A stretch of 64,000 nucleotides of DNA from Akkermansia muciniphila (GTDB lineage Bacteria > Verrucomicrobiota > Verrucomicrobiia > Limisphaerales > SXTU01). This document shows positions 51,136 to 58,367 of the stretch, piece after piece. A model generated the notes under the pieces. That model saw nothing but the letters and a program-made list of their open reading frames with translations, did no database searches and was not told where the DNA came from. Where the stretch lies: positions 16,164-80,163 of the forward strand of contig CAMCFN010000006.1 in NCBI GenBank assembly GCA_945874145.1, in the 5' to 3' direction. The number at the start of each line of letters is the position of its first letter. The stretch's first letter is position 1. The position numbers and the translations under genes are program-made.

Positions 51136-52889
51136 GCAAGCGGCAGGACGGGTTGCGGGGCGGGCTCAGGCTGGCTTTCCAAAATCAGCCGGTGCTTGGC
51201 GGCGCGCACATGGCGAATCTTGATAAGGGCGACGCAGACGATGCCGAAGAGGTTAGAGGCATAGGCCGCCAGCAAATCGGCCTTGATGACGCCGACGACC
51301 TGGAGCACCAGCGCCGTCGCCGTGCCGGCGATGCCGATGTAGAGCCCGGAGTCGAACAGGTTTTCCTCGTTCTCCATGAGCCGGAGTTTGAGCTGGGGCG
51401 ATCCGGGCGACATCTCGATCTCGCGGATCTTCATCAGGCAGACGGAATACACGCCGACTTGGAGGGCGGCGAAGATTAGCACGCTGAGGATGGTGGACAG
51501 TTCCATACTTGGTTTCGTTACGGTTGTATTCTTACTGGTCGGGACAGGCGAATTCGTCAACACCGGTAGTTTCAGCCGCAGCCGGAATTCCGACGAGCCC
51601 AGCGGCTTGAACAACAGCGGCTCCCCCGCTGCAAGCAGCAGCAGCGCCAGACAGCCGGCCGCCACCGCACGCTGGAAATAAATCATCCGCACCCCGGCTG
51701 CACCGCGACCGGGCGATTGGACGGGAGAGAGCTCGCGCCACACCAAAAAGAATACCAGCCCGGCCAGCAGGAAGAGCAGCACTTTCCCGGCGAGCATCAC
51801 GCGCGGAACCTTGAGTGTCCAGGCCGCGAGAAAGCCCGGCACCCAACCTCGCGCCGGGCCCACCGGCAGTTGCTGTGCCACGAGCAACCGCACCGCGCCC
51901 TCGCCTTGGGCAAGCGCCTTGGTCAAATCCGCGAGCCCCGCCTTGCCAAACCGCAGCAGATAGGTGGCGACCCGATCCGGAGATTGCGCCAGCAAGGCGG
52001 CGGAAAAGAACAGGGGCAAATCGTCCGGCGTGACCTGAACCAACTGGGCGAAGTCGTTCAGCGCCTTCGCGGTTGGCATCAATCGCAGCAGCTCGGAAAG
52101 CTGCGTCCAATCCAGCCGCCGGCCCAAGGCCAGCAGGTCGAAGCAAAAACTTTCCCACTCGGTCGCCAGCCGCGTCTCACTCGTCCGCTCGGCGAGCAGC
52201 CGAATGTCTTGCGCGAGCGTCGGAGCGAACCGCTCGCCTTCATAGAGCAAGGCCGCCAGCAGGATCGTGGCCTCGAAGGGCTGGCCGCCGGGCTGGTTCA
52301 CCGGAATGAACTCCACCGTCGTGGACAGATCCCGGGTGGCCAGAATCGCCCGCCCCCCGGGCGACCGCGAGCTGGCGAGGTGCTCGCGCAAGGCAGCGCG
52401 GTTGGCCTCGATCAACAGAAACGGCAGCATGGCCTCGGCGGTGGGACTCGCATTGTTGGTGTTCCGGCGGAAAATCCCGTCGATATACGAATCACGCCCA
52501 CCTGTGCCCGCAGCGCCGGACTTGACCTGTCCAGCCACCAAGGCCGCCCTCAGCTTGGCCACTTGCTCATCCTTGAGGGATTGCGCCGCTGTTAGCGCGA
52601 GGTTCGCCACGCCCGGTTTTTGCGCAGCGACCGCAGCTAGGCCCAAATCGATCACCGCTGGAGTCCCCTGCCCCGCCCGCTCCAGCAGCGCGGGATGGAG
52701 GGATTTCCAGTTTGCCGGCAACAGCATGCCCAGCCCAACCAGCAAGGCGGAGAGCCCGGCAAACAGGATGACCCGCTTCAAATCCGGAGGCGTGCCGGCA
52801 AGGCTTCCTTGCTCCTCAGCAGGATTCCCGCGTGCCGTGCGCGAGGCGCGCCAGCGGGCTGCATCCAAGGAATTTTCGTCGCCGTTCAC
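51132..52889 (-). CDS. polytopic membrane protein, C-terminal MotA/TolQ/ExbB-like helices (tentative)
   Basis: About 6 hydrophobic segments. Last three: ELSTILSVLIFAALQVGVYSV, LYIGIAGTATALVLQVVGV, LLAAYASNLFGIVCVALI. GTG start at 52887-52889; the start is uncertain. Confidence 0.65.
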   Translation of the reverse strand: MNGDENSLDAARWRASRTARGNPAEEQGSLAGTPPDLKRVILFAGLSALLVGLGMLLPANWKSLHPALLERAGQGTPAVIDLGLAAVAAQKPGVANLALTAAQSLKDEQVAKLRAALVAGQVKSGAAGTGGRDSYIDGIFRRNTNNASPTAEAMLPFLLIEANRAALREHLASSRSPGGRAILATRDLSTTVEFIPVNQPGGQPFEATILLAALLYEGERFAPTLAQDIRLLAERTSETRLATEWESFCFDLLALGRRLDWTQLSELLRLMPTAKALNDFAQLVQVTPDDLPLFFSAALLAQSPDRVATYLLRFGKAGLADLTKALAQGEGAVRLLVAQQLPVGPARGWVPGFLAAWTLKVPRVMLAGKVLLFLLAGLVFFLVWRELSPVQSPGRGAAGVRMIYFQRAVAAGCLALLLLAAGEPLLFKPLGSSEFRLRLKLPVLTNSPVPTSKNTTVTKPSMELSTILSVLIFAALQVGVYSVCLMKIREIEMSPGSPQLKLRLMENEENLFDSGLYIGIAGTATALVLQVVGVIKADLLAAYASNLFGIVCVALIKIRHVRAAKHRLILESQPEPAPQPVLPLA

Positions 52890-53039
52890 GATGCTAAAAT
52901 TGGCCGGGCAGGGCCAGTTAAAGCCTTGTTTGCTGCCCGACGGCTCAAGCGTGCCCCGACTGACTCAGCCCCGCGAGGCGAAATTCACCAAGGCCCCACC
53001 ATTGCCAATTATTCCTGGCTGCCATTAACTCCCTCCGTG

Positions 53040-53870
53040 ATGACTGCCGTCCAGCCCGTCGATATCGAAATTTGCCCCGGCTACTCGCCCCGTCCCAAAC
53101 TGACGCACGCGGTCTTCGACTTTGACGGCACGCTCTCCCTGCTGCGCCACGGCTGGCCGGACACGATGCTGGCCATGTTTTTGGAAATGCTGCCGCCTCT
53201 TCCAGACGCGGTTCCGGCCTCGCTGCGGGCGGAGCTGATGGAGGAAATCCTTGCCTTCAACGGTCAGCAAACCATCCACCAGATGACCCGCTTTGCCGAA
53301 CGGGTGGCGGAACGCGGCGGCCAGCCACGCGAGCCGCAGTGCTACCTCGCCGAATACACCTTGCGCCTTGAGCGCGCCATCGCTGCCCGCACCCAACGCA
53401 TTCGCGATGGAGCCAGCCCGGACACCTACGTGGTGCTCGGCGCGCGCGCCCTGCTGGGACGTCTGCGTGACCGGGGAGTGAAACTCTTCATCCTCAGCGG
53501 CACGCTGGAACCCTTCGTCCGCCAGGAGGCAGCACTGCTGGACTTGGCCCAATTCTTTGAGGACCGCATCCACGGCGGGCACGAGGACCACACACGTTTC
53601 TCCAAGCAGATGGTTTTCGACCGCATCCTCCGCGAGGAAGGCATCTCCGGCGCACGCCTGCTTTCCTTCGGTGACGGCCCGGTGGAACTGCGGCACACCA
53701 AGGAGCTGGGCGGCATCGCGGTCGCCGTGGCCAGCGATGAGACGGAAATCGGCTCCGGCAAAATCCACGAGCAGAAGCGCACGCAGCTCATCGCGGCGGG
53801 GGCGGACTTGGTGATTCCGGATTACCAGTGTCGCGAACCGCTGGTGAAGCTGCTGCTGGGCGACCGTTAA
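53040..53870 (+). CDS. HAD-superfamily hydrolase
   Basis: Motif I AVFDFDGTL, motif II LFILSGT, motif IV SFGDGPVE. Start trimmed to the ATG at 53040 (GTG at 53037 is also in frame). Confidence 0.8.
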   Translation: MTAVQPVDIEICPGYSPRPKLTHAVFDFDGTLSLLRHGWPDTMLAMFLEMLPPLPDAVPASLRAELMEEILAFNGQQTIHQMTRFAERVAERGGQPREPQCYLAEYTLRLERAIAARTQRIRDGASPDTYVVLGARALLGRLRDRGVKLFILSGTLEPFVRQEAALLDLAQFFEDRIHGGHEDHTRFSKQMVFDRILREEGISGARLLSFGDGPVELRHTKELGGIAVAVASDETEIGSGKIHEQKRTQLIAAGADLVIPDYQCREPLVKLLLGDR

Positions 53871-53883
53871 TTCTTCGACCGCG

Positions 53884-55065
53884 ATGCAACCTCCCGTCCC
53901 CCTCGATCTCTCGAAAATCCGCGTCTTCCCGCTCGCGCAGCGCAAGAGCATGAGCACCGTGGACGAGGTGCTCATCGAGCCGACCAACACGCCGCCGCCC
54001 GTCAGCGACTTCAACGCCGCGCTCATCGAGCGTTGCGCCCGCGACATCAAGGCCGCGTTGGAGCGGGGTGCCTCCGTGATGTTCATCTACGGCGCGCATC
54101 TCGTGAAGAACGGTGGCCAGCTCCTGCTCGGCCAGATGCTCGACCGCGGCTTCCTGACCCATCTCGCGACGAATGGCGCAGGGACGATTCACGATTGGGA
54201 GTTCTCCTGGCTGGGCCGCTCCACCGAAAGCGTTCGCGACAACGTCGCCACCGGCAGCTTCGGCACCTGGGACGAGACGGGGCGCTACATCCACCTCGCG
54301 CTGCTCACGGGTGCTGTGCGTGGCTGGGGCTACGGCAGGTCGCTTGGCAAGTTCATCTACGAAGACGGCACGTTTATCCCGACCGAAGCCGAGCTGACGA
54401 AACAGATTCAAGCCGAGCCGGGCCACCCGCTCACGTCTGCGCGCGCAGACCTGCTCCAGGCCATCCAACGCTTCGGCCTCAAGCCCGGCCAGCACATCGT
54501 CCCCCACCCGCACCGCAACAGCAGCGTGCTCGCGCAGGCCGCGCGCCACGACGTGCCCTTCACCGTCCACCCCGGCATCGGCTACGACATCATCTCAAAT
54601 CATCCGTGGTTCAACGGTGGCGTCATCGGGCGCGCGGCGGGCGTGGACTTCGCGCTGTTCGGCGGGTCCGTGGAGAAGCTGGATGGCGGCGTGGTCCTGA
54701 GCGTCGGCTCGGCCATCATGGGGCCACAGGTCTTCGAGAAGAGCATCAGTTGCGTGAACAACCTGCGCCTGCAAGCGAACCGCCCCATCGTCAGCGGCCA
54801 CAGCATCTACGTGGTGGATTTGCAGGACGGCGGCAACTGGGACTGGACCCAAGGCGAACCACCCAAGGACAACCCGGCCTACTACCTGCGCTTCTGCAAG
54901 AGCTTCTCCCGCATGGGCGGTGCGATGCACTACGCGCAGTGCGACAACGTGGCCTTCCTGCATCACCTCTTCCACAAGCTGGAAAGCCTCCACGGTCGCA
55001 CGGCGGCGAAGGCGAACATTCCGGACATTGGCGACCCGAACCCCGAACCGCGCTACAAGTGGTGA
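53884..55065 (+). CDS. conserved protein, deoxyhypusine-synthase-like fold suspected
   Basis: YGAHLVKNGGQLLLGQMLDRGFLTHLATNGAGTIHDW, VPFTVHPGIGYDII and VVLSVGSAIMGPQV parallel the DHS segments (...VDVLVTTAGGVEED..., ...IPVF.PALTDGS..., ...ILGGGV.KH) as I recall them. The CDS itself is solid; the family call is tentative. Confidence 0.55.
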   Translation: MQPPVPLDLSKIRVFPLAQRKSMSTVDEVLIEPTNTPPPVSDFNAALIERCARDIKAALERGASVMFIYGAHLVKNGGQLLLGQMLDRGFLTHLATNGAGTIHDWEFSWLGRSTESVRDNVATGSFGTWDETGRYIHLALLTGAVRGWGYGRSLGKFIYEDGTFIPTEAELTKQIQAEPGHPLTSARADLLQAIQRFGLKPGQHIVPHPHRNSSVLAQAARHDVPFTVHPGIGYDIISNHPWFNGGVIGRAAGVDFALFGGSVEKLDGGVVLSVGSAIMGPQVFEKSISCVNNLRLQANRPIVSGHSIYVVDLQDGGNWDWTQGEPPKDNPAYYLRFCKSFSRMGGAMHYAQCDNVAFLHHLFHKLESLHGRTAAKANIPDIGDPNPEPRYKW

Positions 55066-55074
55066 AACATTTTT

Positions 55075-55139
55075 GCCGCGAAAGAACACAAAGAGCACAA
55101 AGGGAGTTCATCTTTGGGAACTCTGCGCCCTTTCGCGGC
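55075..55139. repeat. REP-like hairpin: GCCGCGAAAG (55075-84) / CTTTCGCGGC (55130-39) closing an ACA/AAG-rich arm
   Basis: Perfect 10-bp closing stem read directly. Interior aacacaaagagcacaaaggg...gaactctgcgcc. Same flavour as 537-596. Confidence 0.65.
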
Positions 55140-55150
55140 TAATCCCCTCC

Positions 55151-56170
55151 ATGACACCGGCCCGCTTCGCTGAAATCACCGACCGCTACGCCTCGCTGCG
55201 CCTCGCGCTCGTGGGCGATTTCTGCCTCGACCGCTATCTGGAGATTGACCCGGCGCGCGCCGAGACCTCCATCGAAACCGGCCTGCCCGTCCACAACGTC
55301 GTGCGCGTGCGCTCGCAACCGGGGGGAGCGGGGACGATTCTCAACAACCTCGTCGCGCTGGGCGTGGGGCATGTGATTCCAATTGGTTTCTATGGGGAGG
55401 ATGGCGAGGGCTACGAACTACAGGCGAGCATGGCGAAATCGCCACGCGTGTGGATGATGTGCTTTAGGCGGACACCGTTGCGCCGCACTTTCACATACTG
55501 CAAGCCGCTCGTGCTCCATCCCGGGCAACCACCGGTGGAATTAAATCGCTTGGACAGCAAGAACTGGACACCAACGCCTGCTTTGATCGAGGGCACGCTC
55601 ATGGCCTCGCTGGAATCTGTCGCCCGCGAGCTGCAGGCCGTCGTAGTGCTCGATCAGGTGGATATTCCCGACACGGGTGTCGTCACCCATCGCATGCTGC
55701 AAGCTCTGGATCAGTTGCGACGGGTGCGACCAGAACTGCCCATCGTCGGTGACAGTCGGCGCGGCTTGCGTGGTTGGCCGCCCATCATCTTCAAGATGAA
55801 CGCAGCGGAACTCAGCGCGCTCACCAGCCTGCCCGCCGATGCAGAGCTCCGCCTAATCAGTGAGGCCGCGTGTGCCCTCGCAAAGCAGAACGGCAGCGAA
55901 GTTTTCATCACCCTCTCCGAACGTGGGATCCTCGGCGCGGCTCCGAACGGCGAGGTGGAACACGTCCCCTGCCATCCGTTACGCGGGCCGATTGACATCG
56001 TCGGTGCCGGGGATTCCGTCACCGCCAACCTTACTGCTGCGCTCGCCGCCGGAGCGACTTTGCGGGAGGCAATCGAACTCGCCAATGCCGCCGCCTCCAT
56101 CGTCATTCGCCAACTCGGCACAACCGGCACCGCCAGCGTGCCGCAAATTCGCGAACTGCTGCTGCCTTGA
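55151..56170 (+). CDS. PfkB-family carbohydrate kinase (RfaE/HldE kinase-domain-like)
   Basis: LALVGDFCLDRYLEID...ETG.PV......R.QPGGAGTILNNLVALG...DIVGAGDSVTA (PfkB signature 2). Start trimmed to the ATG at 55151. Confidence 0.85.
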   Translation: MTPARFAEITDRYASLRLALVGDFCLDRYLEIDPARAETSIETGLPVHNVVRVRSQPGGAGTILNNLVALGVGHVIPIGFYGEDGEGYELQASMAKSPRVWMMCFRRTPLRRTFTYCKPLVLHPGQPPVELNRLDSKNWTPTPALIEGTLMASLESVARELQAVVVLDQVDIPDTGVVTHRMLQALDQLRRVRPELPIVGDSRRGLRGWPPIIFKMNAAELSALTSLPADAELRLISEAACALAKQNGSEVFITLSERGILGAAPNGEVEHVPCHPLRGPIDIVGAGDSVTANLTAALAAGATLREAIELANAAASIVIRQLGTTGTASVPQIRELLLP

Positions 56171-56195
56171 CCCGTGCCGGCGACTTCCAGTCGCC
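56171..56195 (+). repeat. stop-proximal hairpin motif CCCGTGCCGGCGACTTCCAGTCGCC (copy 2)
   Basis: See 33160-33183. It starts 1 nt after the PfkB TGA. Confidence 0.7.
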
Positions 56196-56271
56196 GTCCG
56201 AATTGGACCCAGTGCCAAGACCAGACTTCCACCGCAGCCCACTGACGGCGGTTGGAAACCGTGAGCACAGG

Positions 56272-57126
56272 TCACGCCGCCCGCATCGTCGAAGGCTCGC
56301 CCGCGTTGAGCACGCGGATCTCCCGCTGCGGGAAGGGAATCTCGATGCCTTGCTTGCGAAACTCCTCCGCAATGGCCTGGTTCACCGCCGCCGCAGCCGG
56401 ACCGTAGTCGCCCACTCTCGACCACGGTTTGATCGCGATGTTCACGGCGGAATCGCCAAACGAGGCGACGCCCACTACCGGGACCGGGTCTTTGAGCACC
56501 GTCGGCGTGCGCGCCAGCACGGCGTTGACCGCGTTGAGCGCTTTGTTCAAGTCCGTCGAGTAAGCCACCCCCACGCTGAGGTCGAGCTGGCGGATGGAGC
56601 CGTAGTTATGCAGAATCTCACCGATGATCTTGCGGTTGGGGATGACCACGCGCGACCGGTCGGCGTGGACAAGGATGACCGAGAACAGCTCGATAGCGTG
56701 AACCTGCCCCTGAACGCCGTGAATCTCGATGTATTCGCCGACACGGAAGGGTTTGGTGAAGATGATGAGCAAGCCAGCCATGAGATTGCCCAGCACGCCC
56801 TGCAACGCGAGGCCCACCCCCACACCCGCCACGCCGAGACCGGCGATGATGGGCGCAATGGCCACGCCGACCTTCTCCAACACGAGCATCATCGTCAGGC
56901 CCATCACCATCAGGCGCGCTACTCGCACGATCAGAATGCGGACGGGTGGCTCCAGATCTTTCTTGCCCAACCAGCGCTGGAGCACCTTGCCCACCTGCAT
57001 GGCAATCACCAGGCCGATGACCAGAATGATGGCGGCCCCGAGCAGCTTCGGACCGTAGTCGAAAAGAAAGGTGATGCCTTGCTCTGTGACTTTGTTCAGC
57101 AACTCGGTATCAATGACGGCGAACAT
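56272..57126 (-). CDS. mscS: small-conductance mechanosensitive channel (MscS family)
   Basis: GLGVAGVGVGLALQGVLGNLMAGLLIIFTKPFRVGEYIEIHGVQGQV..I.LFSV.L...D...V.IPN is the canonical MscS TM3/beta-domain. Start trimmed to the ATG at 57124-57126. Confidence 0.9.
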   Translation of the reverse strand: MFAVIDTELLNKVTEQGITFLFDYGPKLLGAAIILVIGLVIAMQVGKVLQRWLGKKDLEPPVRILIVRVARLMVMGLTMMLVLEKVGVAIAPIIAGLGVAGVGVGLALQGVLGNLMAGLLIIFTKPFRVGEYIEIHGVQGQVHAIELFSVILVHADRSRVVIPNRKIIGEILHNYGSIRQLDLSVGVAYSTDLNKALNAVNAVLARTPTVLKDPVPVVGVASFGDSAVNIAIKPWSRVGDYGPAAAAVNQAIAEEFRKQGIEIPFPQREIRVLNAGEPSTMRAA

Positions 57127-57151
57127 AAGCGTGAAACGTGATGTGTGTGTG

Positions 57152-58234
57152 ATGCAACTGAGCCCCGATACTACCAAGCGGGCCTCCGCAGGCCAACGTG
57201 ATTTCGCGGACGTGAGCCGCCGGACTGCGCTCAGCGGCCTGCTCGTGCTCGGCGCTGGTGGCTGTGCCAGCCGACCGACAGCAACCCTGTCGCAACGCTT
57301 CGAGTTTGAGCAGGCGCAGATGGGCCTGCCCTTCCGCATCGTGCTTTATGCGGACAGCCAGCCCGTTGCTGACACCGCCGCCAGTGCGGCCTTCGCTCGC
57401 GTCGCGGAACTGAACCAAATCTTCAGCGACTACGAGGACAACAGCGAGTTGACCCTGCTCTCCCGCAGCTCCGGCAGTGGTCGCGCCGTGCCCGTGAGCG
57501 ACGAACTCTGGCGGCTGCTCAAGGTCGCGGAAGCCACCTCACGTCGCTCGGACGGCGCATTCGACATCACCGTCGGCCCACTCGTGCAAGTCTGGCGACG
57601 CGCCCGGCGGCAACGCGAGTTGCCCACGTCCGAAGTCATCGCTGAAGCCAAGGCCCGCGTCGGCTGGCAGAAAGTCGTCCTCGACCCACATGGGCGCACC
57701 GCGAAGCTGCTTGTGCCCGGAATGCGTCTCGACCTCGGCTCCATCGCGAAGGGCCGCGCGCTCGACGAAGTGCTCCGCGTCCTGCGCACGCATGGCATCA
57801 ACCGCGCGCTCGTCACCGGCAGCGGAGACATGGCCATCGGCGACCCACCGCCGGGTCGCGTCGGCTGGCGTATCGAACTCGCGCCGCTCGATGCGCCCGG
57901 CGCTCCGCCCACGCGCTTCCTCGCGCTGCGCAACTGCGGCTTCGCCACCTCCGGCGACCTCTTTCAACACGTCGAGTTGGGCGGCAAACGCTACTCGCAC
58001 ATCGTGGACCTGCGCACCGGCTTGGGCATGACCGACCACAGCCTCGTCGTCGTCATCGCGCCGGACTGCGTCACCGCGAACAGCCTCTCGACGACAACTT
58101 GCGTGGTCGGCCCCGAGCGCGGGCTGGCACTCGTAAAAGCCACTCCCGGCGCATCCGCACGAGTTGTGCGCAAGCCCGGGGAGCAAGTCGAAGCCACAGA
58201 GACTCGGGGCTTCGCGCGCTACTCCGAAAAGTAG
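57152..58234 (+). CDS. apbE: FAD:protein FMN transferase (ApbE family)
   Basis: GAFDITVGPLVQVW, LDLGSIAKGRALD, GDMAIG and RYSHIVDLRTG motifs. Tat-like SRRTALSGLLVLGAGGC. Start trimmed to the ATG at 57152. Confidence 0.88.
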   Translation: MQLSPDTTKRASAGQRDFADVSRRTALSGLLVLGAGGCASRPTATLSQRFEFEQAQMGLPFRIVLYADSQPVADTAASAAFARVAELNQIFSDYEDNSELTLLSRSSGSGRAVPVSDELWRLLKVAEATSRRSDGAFDITVGPLVQVWRRARRQRELPTSEVIAEAKARVGWQKVVLDPHGRTAKLLVPGMRLDLGSIAKGRALDEVLRVLRTHGINRALVTGSGDMAIGDPPPGRVGWRIELAPLDAPGAPPTRFLALRNCGFATSGDLFQHVELGGKRYSHIVDLRTGLGMTDHSLVVVIAPDCVTANSLSTTTCVVGPERGLALVKATPGASARVVRKPGEQVEATETRGFARYSEK

Positions 58235-58367
58235 GTCAGCGCGTTCCGCCTGACACTCCATTCAATCCGACCCGCCCAGCGGTATCTTCAAGTCAGTGGG
58301 ACAGGCGGGACGCACGGTCCTACTTTCACGCATTCCCAACCCCATCGCCGCCGTCTATCCTCTCGCC

